From: Spirochaetota bacterium
GTDB taxonomy: Bacteria > Spirochaetota > UBA4802 > UBA5550
Direction: 5' to 3'
DNA: 45,232 nt
Assembly: GCA_050298055.1 (NCBI GenBank)
Contig: JBNKTL010000042.1
Location: forward strand, 1-45,232
Part shown: in pieces, positions 19,515-29,331 of the stretch
Position numbering within the stretch: position 1 is the stretch's first letter
How the letters are laid out: each line of letters opens with the position of its first letter
Program-made: the position numbers and the translations under genes
The notes under the pieces: generated by a model
Database searches by the model: none
The model's input: only the letters and a program-made list of their open reading frames with translations
Told to the model about the DNA's origin: nothing

Positions 19515-19823
19515 TTATTTCATCCGGCAGCTGCAGGTTGAGGCTGTCAGCCGATTCAGGGCTTTCCCCGCCCTCTCCTTTACGCCAGGATCTTTATGTG
19601 TATGTGCTATCTTTCTCAAACCATTTTCCGCCTGTTGGCGCAGGGCCGGGTCCGGATGGTTTACTGCAATATCGCCCAGTGAGGAAATGGCAGAGGGATC
19701 CGCATCCGGATAACTGATGAGCTTGTTCATGGCCCCCCTGGCGACAATCCTGCTTTTCGTGGTGTTCAGAACATTTATGGCATTCTTTACCCGGTTTTTA
19801 TGCCATCTGTCGAAAAATTCCAT
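19515..19823 (-). CDS. Small HEAT-repeat-like protein
   Basis: HPDPALRQQA..L and HKDPGVKERA..AL repeats; AAGGAG SD. Confidence 0.65.
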   Translation of the reverse strand: MEFFDRWHKNRVKNAINVLNTTKSRIVARGAMNKLISYPDADPSAISSLGDIAVNHPDPALRQQAENGLRKIAHTHKDPGVKERAGKALNRLTASTCSCRMK

Positions 19824-20011
19824 ACTTTCTCCTTACTAAGGCAGGCAAATGAGAAGCATAGCATCTTTTTGCATCTTACATTCTGCCTGACTTCCTGTAA
19901 AATCGTTCTCAAGACTATGAGCAGGAAATACTGCGTCAAGAGAAATTCATTTCTTAAACCGGGCTGAATCGGCTGGACAGATAATAGGAGGTATTTAAAT
20001 GTTTCCATTTA

Positions 20012-20039
20012 TTTAACAGGGCCGGAAAGCCCTGTTAAA
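20012..20039. terminator. Hairpin downstream of cytochrome c peroxidase
   Basis: TTTAACAGGGC-CGGAAA-GCCCTGTTAAA. Confidence 0.55.
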
Positions 20040-20067
20040 AAGGGGGAGGAAGCATAACCTTGAATGA

Positions 20068-21111
20068 TTAAATATTGGATGGCCTGGGAGTTTTATCCGA
20101 AGACGGAGGCAGAACGGGTAACTTTAAGGCATCCTCGGGAATCTTCCCTGTGAGAGAAATAAAAAATGCCTTTATGGCCTTTAAATCTCCTTTTTTCAGC
20201 TCAATCCCTATCTGAACATCCGCCATTATTTTTACCGCCTCTTCAAGGTTCCAGACACTGCCGTCATGAAAATAAGGATATGTCCTCTCAATATTCCTCA
20301 ATGTAGTAACTTTGAAGACATTCATATCCTCCCTGTTTTTTGTTATATCATACCTGCCCCTGCTCGGATTTTCCGTCTTATAAGATTTGACCATTCCCAT
20401 TTTGGAAAAACCGCCCCCCAGGGCGATACCGTCATGACAGTTGTTGCATCCGCTGCTGACAAAGAGCTTTAACCCGGTTTTCTCTTCACTGCTCAGGGCA
20501 CTGCTGTCACCCAGAAGGAATTTGTCAAACCGGGATGGTGTCAGGAGAGTCCGTTCAAATGCGGCAATTGCTCTGGCAATATTATTATAGGTGAGAGGGT
20601 CCTTTTCACCGGGAAAAGCTTTCCGAAAGAGCATCCTGTATTCCGCAATGGAATGAATCCTTTTCACCACGGCCTCCTCACTGGGCATTCCCATTTCTAT
20701 GGGAGCAAGGATAGGCCCTTTCGCCTGCTCCTCCAGATCTTTGGCCCTGCCGTTCCAGAATTGTGCCTCGTAAAAAGCGGCATTAAAGACAGTACCCGAA
20801 TTCACGGGACCAACAGCCCATTTATGACCGATATCTGTGGGAAGATTGCTCATACCGTAAGATACAAGATTGTGGCAGGTGTTGCAGCTGAAGAGACCGC
20901 TTTTTGAAAGCCTCGGATCGTGATAGAGCATTTTACCAAGGGCAATCTTTTCCGCGGAAAGCCGGTTATTCGGATTATCCACGGCATTTTGTGTAATAGG
21001 CTTAAAATATTTCAGAAACTCATTGCCCGCTTTTGGGCTCTTTTTGTCGCATGAGACGCTCCCCGCAACAGCCAGAAATACAGGAAGCGCCAGACTGATT
21101 ATTCTTTTCAT
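20068..21111 (-). CDS. ccp: Di-haem cytochrome c peroxidase (lipoprotein)
   Basis: CNTCH and CNNCH haem motifs; QFWNGRA, NIERTYPYFHDGS. Confidence 0.93.
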   Translation of the reverse strand: MKRIISLALPVFLAVAGSVSCDKKSPKAGNEFLKYFKPITQNAVDNPNNRLSAEKIALGKMLYHDPRLSKSGLFSCNTCHNLVSYGMSNLPTDIGHKWAVGPVNSGTVFNAAFYEAQFWNGRAKDLEEQAKGPILAPIEMGMPSEEAVVKRIHSIAEYRMLFRKAFPGEKDPLTYNNIARAIAAFERTLLTPSRFDKFLLGDSSALSSEEKTGLKLFVSSGCNNCHDGIALGGGFSKMGMVKSYKTENPSRGRYDITKNREDMNVFKVTTLRNIERTYPYFHDGSVWNLEEAVKIMADVQIGIELKKGDLKAIKAFFISLTGKIPEDALKLPVLPPSSDKTPRPSNI

Positions 21112-21531
21112 AATCTTCTCCTTTTCATAGTGAATTTATTTGAGATTAAAAATCAAGATCAGAGTCATCCAAATAAATATTTTCAGACGGCATTCTAAAC
21201 TTTCCCAGAAATCTCAGAAACTCCCCCGAATCTCCAAATACCGTACCAAAGAATTATATTTTTCAGAAAAGCCGGACGTGCGCGGGATCATAACGAGGAT
21301 ATATCCGGATATGCTTCCCCGTCATCCCTGAACCTCACGAGAGTTACAAACCTGAAAAAGGTCTTCTTGCAATTTCCCGGGCTCAATAATGAAAGAACTG
21401 CCTGCAGGTCAATTAAACCGGTTTTACTATTAAAAACCACACAATAATCGAAAACAATTCCGCTGCAAATAACTTTCTCAGTTCTCTCTCCCCTCCATGA
21501 TCCTTACAAAAAAACAGCAGGATTTAAAATG

Positions 21532-21567
21532 ATTACAATATTGTAATGAAATGATTTTTATTGTCAA
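21532..21567 (-). promoter_or_regulatory. Promoter with 16-bp palindrome, upstream of ccp
   Basis: TTGACA-16-TACAAT on the minus strand; perfect palindrome ATTACAATATTGTAAT covers the -10. Confidence 0.5.
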
Positions 21568-21691
21568 ACTAATTTTTTATAAATTTCATTTAGTTAATCA
21601 TACCAGTCTGGTCACACATTTAAGGGTCATACCTGCAATAAAACATTAGAGGAGGGCAATTATGAAACATTTATTGCATGCAAGATGTGCA

Positions 21692-22840
21692 CTACCTGAG
21701 TTTTTTCCGCCGGTACTCAGCCGGTGACATCCCGGTCTCCTTTCTGAAGGAGGAGTGAAAGGTCGAGTAGGAGTTAAAACCCGAGGCGTAAGCAATGGAG
21801 AGTGTGTTCCGGTTAGGTTCATCAACCAGGAGTTTTTTCGCCTCACCAACCCGGTACCCGTTTATGAAGTTGTTGAAGTTCTTTTTATAGTGTTCGTTGA
21901 GGAACTCCGAAAGCTGGTGAGGAGTAATTTCCAGGGCATCGCTCATTCTCGCCAGTGTAATGTCCTCGTCGCAGTAGAACTTGTCCTCTTCCATAAGGAG
22001 TCTCATGTTTTTATCCAGGTTTTTGATATTTATGCTCCTGAGTCGTGATTTTGAATGACCGTCCCCCATACCGGGAACCGTTCCATGCTGCAGGAGATAG
22101 GGATATCTCTGGCTCATGAGGTATAAACTGATATATAAAATACTGATAAGAATATTATTGATTCTCATGAGTTTCATATTCAATGTAATAAGGCTGAACA
22201 CACTGAGGATCCCGATCGCCAGAAGCAGTATCAGGATCAAAAAAAAGAACTTTATGACATCATGAACGGGATTTCCGCTCTTGAACCGAGACCCTATGAT
22301 TTTTATTGAGAGAATCGTATAAGCCACCATGAAGCTTACGGAGATGACCCCGGTATAAAGGATAAACCGGTACTTGTCTTCTTTGATCAGCAGGTTGAGG
22401 ATTTCAATCTTTTCATTTCCTGAAAGTGTAATATAAGGGGCCATAGAGATAAGCATCGCCAGTGCCGGAACAAAGTGCAGCCAGTCTTTTTTCTGCATAC
22501 TCTTTTTATCCTCAGCGAGGCTCTTCACATAGAAATAGACCAGGGGGCCAATACTGAGTCCAACAGGGCTCTGGAGAAAAAATATGTGGGGGTAATTGAC
22601 AATGGACTGAGTATGAAACAGGTACATAAAAAAATTAATATATCCAGCCAGGAGGAGCAGAACCGCAAAGACCGCATTCCTGTACCGGAGCGGGCGCAGG
22701 ACCAGTCCCGCTGCCATGATAATGGCCAGACCGCTGGCGAAAATAATAAAATAGTCTGTAAAGTGCATAGGGCTTTTGTGGTTTTCAGATTTAATCCAAT
22801 AAAAAAACAGCTGTTTAGATAAAGTCAAGAGAATTCTCAT
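21692..22840 (-). CDS. AraC family regulator with N-terminal 7TM domain
   Basis: Multiple TM helices; FINGYRV, SGFNSYSTF..FRKETGMSPAEYR; start may be ATG 22768. Confidence 0.92.
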   Translation of the reverse strand: MRILLTLSKQLFFYWIKSENHKSPMHFTDYFIIFASGLAIIMAAGLVLRPLRYRNAVFAVLLLLAGYINFFMYLFHTQSIVNYPHIFFLQSPVGLSIGPLVYFYVKSLAEDKKSMQKKDWLHFVPALAMLISMAPYITLSGNEKIEILNLLIKEDKYRFILYTGVISVSFMVAYTILSIKIIGSRFKSGNPVHDVIKFFFLILILLLAIGILSVFSLITLNMKLMRINNILISILYISLYLMSQRYPYLLQHGTVPGMGDGHSKSRLRSINIKNLDKNMRLLMEEDKFYCDEDITLARMSDALEITPHQLSEFLNEHYKKNFNNFINGYRVGEAKKLLVDEPNRNTLSIAYASGFNSYSTFHSSFRKETGMSPAEYRRKKLR

Positions 22841-22907
22841 TTAAATGATACTTTCTTGACAGAAGAAGTCCTTATTGAAATGACTCATATTATTGATTTT
22901 AATAAAT

Positions 22908-23639
22908 ATGAAAAAAGAAAAATGCAGCACTACTCCGCAAAAAATCCTTGTCTTCCAGCAGAACGGGAGCGGGGAGGAAAAAATCGCGGGAATCAGGAAA
23001 CAGGGGGACGGCCTCTTCCGGATAGAGGTCATCTCCATAGACAGTACCCTCCCGGAAATAATAGATGAAGGGGAAGCCTATCTGCCTGATAATTTTACGG
23101 CAGACCTCGTCCTCGACTTTCTGAAGCATCCGGACCTCTCCCACGACCTGCATAAACGCTGTGAAAAGCTGGGCATACCCGTAATCGCATCGGGGAAAAA
23201 AACCGCTAACAGCTGGCCCGTAACCCCTCCCACCTGATGCGCCCTCTCAAGGCAGGATTGCCTTGGCCGCTATGGTGAGATGTTCGGAGCACCGGTACTG
23301 GAAGTTTTTACCGAAAAGGGAATCATCACCGAAATCAGGGTGATACGCGGCGCCCCCTGCGGCGCAACAGGAGAAGCCGCAAAAAAACTCACCGGCACAC
23401 AGCTTAAAGATGCCGGAGAGAAGATGGGACTGGAGACACAATTCTTCTGCACGGCAGACCCCTCAGGTTTCGACCCTGTCTCCGGGAAGAGCCCCGTCCA
23501 CATCGCCGGGGAGCTTCACGGAAAAGCAATGAAGGATGCACTTGAGAGAAACAGGGAAAAGAATGAACCGGGGGAAAACCGAAAGGTCCCGCATCCCGGA
23601 AAGCCGGGTTCCGGCCGGTCCATGAGCGGGACCCTGTAG
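22908..23639 (+). CDS. DUF166-like selenoprotein (Sec at TGA 23235-23237), 243 aa
   Basis: ORFs 22893-23237 and 23280-23639 share a frame and are separated only by TGA: TPPT-U-CALS; HPDLS, RGAPCGAT, HIAG motifs; SECIS-like hairpin follows. Confidence 0.88.
23238..23265 (+). promoter_or_regulatory. Bacterial SECIS-like element
   Basis: CAAGGCA-GGAT-TGCCTTG 7-bp hairpin beginning 10 nt after the UGA, loop starts with G. Confidence 0.75.
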
Positions 23640-23648
23640 ACAAAGGAA

Positions 23649-25004
23649 CTACCTGCTTCCCCTGAAAACAAGCACCCGGTATTTCAAATTTAATTTTGTC
23701 CCGGCACCCAGATCGGGAAAATACTTCAGTGTGTACTTATCAACCTTATATGTTTTCGGCTTCAGGTCTTCAACCCTGTATTCGCCGCTGAACCTTCTCT
23801 CAACCTCCACGAGCACCTTCCGGGAAAGCGTATTGGTAACGGTTGTTTCATAAAAGTACTTTTCGTAGTAGCTCTTCACATAGGGCTTTCCGTAGTAATC
23901 CTTTCTCACCTTAATATCAACTTTTTTGTAATCTTTCACTACACGGTCTACACGGACATCCCCGGTCCCGTATGTTTTTAACTTCACCCTGTCTCCCGCG
24001 GCAACATACTTATAGTTCACCGACGCCCTGAATGTAAGCCCCCCGTCTCTTTTCCCGGTAAAGATCTTGTAGACACCATCGGGAAGGGGTGAATCTCCCA
24101 GCTGTCCTTTTCCGTTCTTCCCTTTATATTTTTTGTTAAAAAACTCGTAGTATTTCACGACCTCAGTCTGTGAATGCCTGTCGCTCAGCCTGTATATTGT
24201 TTTAAGGGGAACATTCTCCGCGTAGAGAGATTTCATCCTCTTCTGCCAGCCGTTGGGGATCGACTCTTTCCCCTCAATGGTAAAGAGGAAGTACTCGGAG
24301 AGCCCCTCCTTGATTATCTTCTTCTCTTTGTCCATTCCCAGGGTTGACTCCATGGATTCTTCCGCCTTGTTTACAAAGCCCTTGAACTTCCTCCGTGCCA
24401 TGCTTCTCCCCGATGACTTCATGGCCGGGTATTTTACCGGACCATTTGCCAGGTCGGAGATCTCCTCCACCAGGTTGATAGTCCCCACAACCAGCCGTAC
24501 GGTAGCATTGGGATAATCCTCCCCGGAATTGTTGATCACCTTTACATATCCCTTGAGGTCAAGAGAATCCTCATTCTCATTGGTAATGCCCGCATAGTCC
24601 GCTGTCCAGGTAAGACCCGAGGTAAAGTATGTTATCTCCACCCGGGCGGGTCCGCTTATTTCGGACCGGATGTTCCACTGCAGCGCTTCTCCCCTTTCAG
24701 GAGGATAAGTCGTGTCCAGGAGGTCCAGCCGGTTCCTCTCTGTTACGAAACGAAGCCTCAGTGACGTGGGATCAATGAGTGTCCCCGCCCACGCGAACTG
24801 GATCCTGTTCATTCCCTTTTTAAATGTGAGTGTTCTCCTCTCCCTGACCATTGTGATATCCGCAGAGTTATAGATCGTTAATTGCACCGATTCCTTTTCC
24901 GGGACAGTGACAAGTTCTATGGCCGCTTTCGGAACCTCCTCCGAAGAGATGACTGCCGCAGCAGCTATGGCCGCCACAATGAATATTCTTTTAAATTTCT
25001 TCAT
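23649..25004 (-). CDS. DUF4139-like secreted protein
   Basis: Signal peptide, LTIYN, ERR, IDPTS, GLTWTADY, NNSGEDY, PLPDG. Confidence 0.8.
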   Translation of the reverse strand: MKKFKRIFIVAAIAAAAVISSEEVPKAAIELVTVPEKESVQLTIYNSADITMVRERRTLTFKKGMNRIQFAWAGTLIDPTSLRLRFVTERNRLDLLDTTYPPERGEALQWNIRSEISGPARVEITYFTSGLTWTADYAGITNENEDSLDLKGYVKVINNSGEDYPNATVRLVVGTINLVEEISDLANGPVKYPAMKSSGRSMARRKFKGFVNKAEESMESTLGMDKEKKIIKEGLSEYFLFTIEGKESIPNGWQKRMKSLYAENVPLKTIYRLSDRHSQTEVVKYYEFFNKKYKGKNGKGQLGDSPLPDGVYKIFTGKRDGGLTFRASVNYKYVAAGDRVKLKTYGTGDVRVDRVVKDYKKVDIKVRKDYYGKPYVKSYYEKYFYETTVTNTLSRKVLVEVERRFSGEYRVEDLKPKTYKVDKYTLKYFPDLGAGTKLNLKYRVLVFRGSR

Positions 25005-25016
25005 CCTTATCCTCCT

Positions 25017-26177
25017 CTACCACCTGTTCTTCAGAACAATATGGATATAGAGATTGTATTTCATGTTCTTTGTCCGGGGAAGATCGAAGTTTATTTTGAG
25101 ATTGTTTATATCCTTTCGTTTGAGTTTTATTCTTCCCTCATCTGAAACAGTTTTTTCGGTTTTCCTGTTTCGTTCACCACGCTCCTCCTTGAGGACCACC
25201 TTCTCTATCCGCCACTCACCTCCGGGATGTTCCAGAAGGGTAAGAGGAACCTTTCCCTTTTTAAAGTTCTCAATCCTGTACTTTATGGTCTGCCGGATCT
25301 CCCTGACCGGTTTCTCAATATACTTTTCACTTGATGAGTAGAGAAACCTCCTGACCTTGACCTCCTTGGCCTGTCCCAGGTAGAGCATCATCCTTTCACC
25401 GGGAGGTGTGTAATCACCCCAGTCCTCTCCAAGGAAGGCTTCTGACCCGGAAGAATCCACCTGAAATATCCTGAACTTACCCCGGGGAAGTGCAAATCTG
25501 CCCATCCCCTCTTTTTTTGTGTTCCTCAACTCGTAGAACATCCTGACGTTTCTGCTGTCCACGCCCGTATCGAAAATATACTTCTTGTACACGGGAACCC
25601 CGGTGAACTTTGCGGCGAGCATCTTCTTTGCCTCTCCCGTCTCGAAGCTCTTTTTGAAACCGCTGCCGAAGTTAATCTCCAGGTCGGCATTTTTAAACCT
25701 CTCACCGCTCATGTTTTTTAACGTAAAGTATGTCTTGATGGTGAGAAACTTCTCTTCCCTGTCAGCAATCGCCTCATAGGAGACATTCCTGTTGATGTTT
25801 GAGATCAGGTAGGATATCCTGAAGGTCCCGGGACCCGCCCGTCCCGAGTAGACTTCCCAGAAAAGAGCAGACTCCCCGGGAGGATAGTTTACATTAATAA
25901 CACTAAGCTCCCCGGGAGCCTCAATACTCCTGAACTGTATGGATGACATATCGATAAAGGTGTTGGCCCATGCAAACTCAACATGGTTCCTCCCCTTCTG
26001 TAAATTTATTGTCCGCTCCTCCTCTACCAGTGTGAAGAGATTGTTTTTCAGGTCTATCCTGATGGAAGACCTGTCCGGCAATGTTGTGAGTTTTGTCCGG
26101 GAGAAAAGACTCCCGGGCAGAATTGCCGTTACAGCAATTATTGCTATAACGAATGATCTTTTTATTGGAGTTTTCAT
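25017..26177 (-). CDS. DUF4139-like secreted protein (paralog)
   Basis: Signal peptide, LVEEER..L.KG.N, NMSGE, LPRG, YTPPGE. Confidence 0.75.
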   Translation of the reverse strand: MKTPIKRSFVIAIIAVTAILPGSLFSRTKLTTLPDRSSIRIDLKNNLFTLVEEERTINLQKGRNHVEFAWANTFIDMSSIQFRSIEAPGELSVINVNYPPGESALFWEVYSGRAGPGTFRISYLISNINRNVSYEAIADREEKFLTIKTYFTLKNMSGERFKNADLEINFGSGFKKSFETGEAKKMLAAKFTGVPVYKKYIFDTGVDSRNVRMFYELRNTKKEGMGRFALPRGKFRIFQVDSSGSEAFLGEDWGDYTPPGERMMLYLGQAKEVKVRRFLYSSSEKYIEKPVREIRQTIKYRIENFKKGKVPLTLLEHPGGEWRIEKVVLKEERGERNRKTEKTVSDEGRIKLKRKDINNLKINFDLPRTKNMKYNLYIHIVLKNRW

Positions 26178-26276
26178 TTTTTGACCCCTGTTTTAAATTT
26201 CCGGAATCTATAACGATCTTTTCCGGAAAAGGTAACACGGTTTTTTTAAAAAGTTTTAATTAATCAAAGTCCTTAA

Positions 26277-26287
26277 TCGTATTAATA
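26277..26287 (+). promoter_or_regulatory. Recurring TCGTATTAATA promoter-like motif
   Basis: Exact copies in sense orientation upstream of the genes starting at 26337 (+), 29828 (-) and 30708 (-). Confidence 0.55.
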
Positions 26288-26336
26288 CATGGGACAGAAT
26301 AGTTATTATGCTTAAAATACCGGGAGGTTGAATATT

Positions 26337-26804
26337 ATGAGGACAACGATTAATATTAACACGAAACTGCTAAAAGAACTGGAAAATGCCGCAAAAATAC
26401 TGAACCTGCCGCAGGATGAAGTTATCTCTCAGCTGCTGGCACGGATTATCAGAAAAAACCACTTTAACCCCAGGCCCTATGAAAGAGTCAGGTATCAAAA
26501 AAGGGGCAAGGGGCTTATCATCTGGAAAAAAGAACACATAAATATTGATTCTGTTTTCTATGAGAAGTATTTGGATTTGAGAAGGAACTTTAAATTTTCT
26601 GTTTCCTGGTTTATTGCTTTTGCTATTAAGTACTATCTTGATGAACTAGTTTATGACTTGAGTAATCCACGGGATACTAAAAAAATTCTGGATAACTATG
26701 AAAGGAATTTTGTATATATTACAAAAATGCTGGGTAATGTTCCTCTTTTTATCTCAATTTTAGGATTTCCGGAGTCAAAATACCTGCAAAGACTCATGCT
26801 CTAA
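26337..26804 (+). CDS. Hypothetical protein, putative ribbon-helix-helix DNA-binding (spirochaete-type)
   Basis: MRTTINI RHH-like N-terminus, VRYQ, FSVSW; GGAGG SD; start may be TTG 26328. Confidence 0.6.
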   Translation: MRTTININTKLLKELENAAKILNLPQDEVISQLLARIIRKNHFNPRPYERVRYQKRGKGLIIWKKEHINIDSVFYEKYLDLRRNFKFSVSWFIAFAIKYYLDELVYDLSNPRDTKKILDNYERNFVYITKMLGNVPLFISILGFPESKYLQRLML

Positions 26805-26964
26805 CAAAAAATCATAAAAACTCTGCAAAAACAGCACAACTCCCATTCCCAAAACTTCAATCACACCCGTGAAGGAGGGATAAGCATAACTATTTCATGA
26901 TTGACACTTATCCCTCTGCAACAACAAGTGTCATTATCTCAATTGACCATAACCCGGGAAGAAC

Positions 26965-28119
26965 ATGGGAAGAAGAAGATTCAAAAAGAAGAAAAAAAAG
27001 CTGATAGACGAAATTGCGGAAAATTACAGGAGTACGAGTGTAACACCGGAATGTCCCCATTTTGAAAAATGCGGCGGATGCTCATACCAGGACATTCCCT
27101 ATGAAAACCAGCTTGATCTCAAAAAGGAGTATCTCAACAGGCTCATGGAGGGAAGAGCAGAGATAGATCATGTTGTCCCCTCCAGCCCATTCAGGTATAG
27201 GAACAGGATGGACCTGGTAACGGCCTTCGGCAAGATCGGCCTCCGGGAAGCGGGCCAGTACAGGTTCGTGACGGATATCCGTTCCTGCAGGATCATGCAG
27301 GAGAGATCGGACAAACTCCTTGAAGAGCTGAGACCGGCCATTCTGGATATTGAAGGATACAACTACCTGAACCACAAAGGCTACCTGAGATATGCCGTGT
27401 TCAGGGAGGCACGATTTACCGGGCAGCTCATGATAAACTTTGTTACGGCAGAAAGGGAGAAGAAGCTTGACCCGGTTGTGGAACTTTCATCTGAAAGGGC
27501 TGATTCCGTATCCATCCTTTTCAACGACGGGCTTGCGGACGTGAGCTTCGGGGAAATAAACGAGACCATTAAGACCGGGTATATCGAGGAGTCCCTTGAC
27601 GGGATACGGTTCAGGATAACACCAAACTCATTCTTCCAGTCCAACTCGGAGATCACGCTGAAGATCTACAGGAAGATACGAAATGAAGCCCGGGGGAATG
27701 TTCTGGACCTCTACTCCGGGGTGGGAAGCATCTCCCTCTTTACGGCCCCGGGGGCGGAGAGGGTCACCGGGGTTGAATCGGTTGAAGAGGCCGTAGAGAC
27801 CGCGAGAACAAACAGCGAGCTCAACGGCACAGGCAACGTTGAATTTATCTGCGCTGACGCCAGGGAATACATGCGGGAGACAGATAAAAAATATCACACT
27901 CTCATCCTCGACCCGCCCCGGAGCGGAATGCACCCCAAAATGATAAAGCATATCGAAGAAATGGCCCCCGGCAAGATCATCTACATGTCGTGTAACCCGG
28001 TCCACTTTAAAAATGAACTGGCGCTCCTGGAGAACTATTCCCTGGAAAGTTTCCGGGCCTACGACATGTTTCCCCAGACCCCCCATATTGAGACCCTGGC
28101 CATCCTCAAAAGAAAGTAG
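26965..28119 (+). CDS. rlmD: 23S rRNA (uracil-C5)-methyltransferase, RlmD/TrmA family (no TRAM domain)
   Basis: CPHF..CGGC, YRNR, SFFQ, DLYSGVG, DPPRSG, YMSCNP, DMFPQTPHIE. Confidence 0.88.
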   Translation: MGRRRFKKKKKKLIDEIAENYRSTSVTPECPHFEKCGGCSYQDIPYENQLDLKKEYLNRLMEGRAEIDHVVPSSPFRYRNRMDLVTAFGKIGLREAGQYRFVTDIRSCRIMQERSDKLLEELRPAILDIEGYNYLNHKGYLRYAVFREARFTGQLMINFVTAEREKKLDPVVELSSERADSVSILFNDGLADVSFGEINETIKTGYIEESLDGIRFRITPNSFFQSNSEITLKIYRKIRNEARGNVLDLYSGVGSISLFTAPGAERVTGVESVEEAVETARTNSELNGTGNVEFICADAREYMRETDKKYHTLILDPPRSGMHPKMIKHIEEMAPGKIIYMSCNPVHFKNELALLENYSLESFRAYDMFPQTPHIETLAILKRK

Positions 28120-28125
28120 GATGTC

Positions 28126-29331
28126 ATGGGATTTGACGAGATCACTGATAAAGGACTGCGGAGGAGGATAAAGCAACACGTCCAGGCAAAGGAGCATGAC
28201 TTCTTCGCGGTGGTCCATCCCGGCTTCGAGAAGAGGGCCGCGAAAGAACTGGAAAACTTCGACAGCGTAAAGATACAGGAGATCACAGAGGGGGGGATAC
28301 TCTTTCGTTCCGGCCTTGAGACCTGCTTCACGCTTAACCTCCGCTCCCGGACTGTAAGCCGATTTATCATGAGACTCGCGGAGTTCAGGGCGGAGAACTT
28401 CAGGAAGCTGAGAAAAAAAGTCGGGGAATTTCCCTGGGAGCTCTACATATCAGACGGAACCGGGACCGGCTTCAGCACCCATTGCAGTAATTCCCGGCTC
28501 TATCACACAGGGAGAATTGAGGAGGAGGTGTTTACCTGCATCAGGAAGAGGCTTTCAGGACATGATATTGAAATATCAGGCCCCGCTTCCCGGGAAGGAC
28601 CGGGAACACAGAAAGTCTTCATAAGGTTTGCCGATAATATCTGCACCCTGAGCCTGGATACAAGCGGGGAACTCCTTTACAAAAGGGGCTATAAAACTCA
28701 TATATCCGAAGCCCCCATAAGGGAGACCCTGGCCGCCCTTATCCTCCTTGAAGCGGGAGTCAAAAACTACGGCCTGGTCATAGACCCCCTCTGCGGATCG
28801 GGGACCTTCTCCCTGGAGGCGGCAGGGATCTGCGGCGGGACAACCCCCTCCCTGAACAGGGACTTCGCCTTCATGAACTGGCCGTCATTCAAAAAAGCCT
28901 CTTTCGAACACATGAAGAAAAAGCTTGCCGCCGGGGAAAAAACAGAGGGGTCAGAGCATATATGGGTCCTGGCCTCGGACATACGGGAAGAGAACATCGT
29001 CAATACCAAAAACAACCTGGAAAGCGCGGGACTCTTAAACAGGGTGGAGCTCCGGAAACTGGACTTTTTAAACGAAAAGGTCGTTATCCCCCCGGGAAAA
29101 AAATCGCTGATCGTTATCAATCCCCCCTATGGGAAACGGCTCAAAGGAAGCGACGAGACCTTTTACAGAAGGCTGGGGAGGGTGATCAGGGAGAACTATG
29201 CTGATTCGGGCTTCACCATAATATCCCCCTCCCTGGAACATGAAAAGATCATGGGCCTTTCCTATGACAGGAAGATCCTCTTCATGAATGGGGGGATAAA
29301 GGTGGGGCTGATCGTGAAGGACCGGTTTTAA
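28126..29331 (+). CDS. THUMP-domain SAM-dependent RNA methyltransferase (RlmL-like)
   Basis: SLDTSGELLYKRGY, APIRETLAA, DPLCGSGT, NPPYGKR. Confidence 0.9.
   Translation: MGFDEITDKGLRRRIKQHVQAKEHDFFAVVHPGFEKRAAKELENFDSVKIQEITEGGILFRSGLETCFTLNLRSRTVSRFIMRLAEFRAENFRKLRKKVGEFPWELYISDGTGTGFSTHCSNSRLYHTGRIEEEVFTCIRKRLSGHDIEISGPASREGPGTQKVFIRFADNICTLSLDTSGELLYKRGYKTHISEAPIRETLAALILLEAGVKNYGLVIDPLCGSGTFSLEAAGICGGTTPSLNRDFAFMNWPSFKKASFEHMKKKLAAGEKTEGSEHIWVLASDIREENIVNTKNNLESAGLLNRVELRKLDFLNEKVVIPPGKKSLIVINPPYGKRLKGSDETFYRRLGRVIRENYADSGFTIISPSLEHEKIMGLSYDRKILFMNGGIKVGLIVKDRF

Noticed and set aside
19787..20008. 73-aa ORF METFKY...
   Set aside because: No clear SD, starts right at a terminator-like hairpin and overlaps the next gene's start; probably spurious.
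26902..26933. Inverted repeat TGACACTT-N16-AAGTGTCA before rlmD
   Set aside because: Single 8-bp instance with no second copy or candidate regulator; insufficient support.
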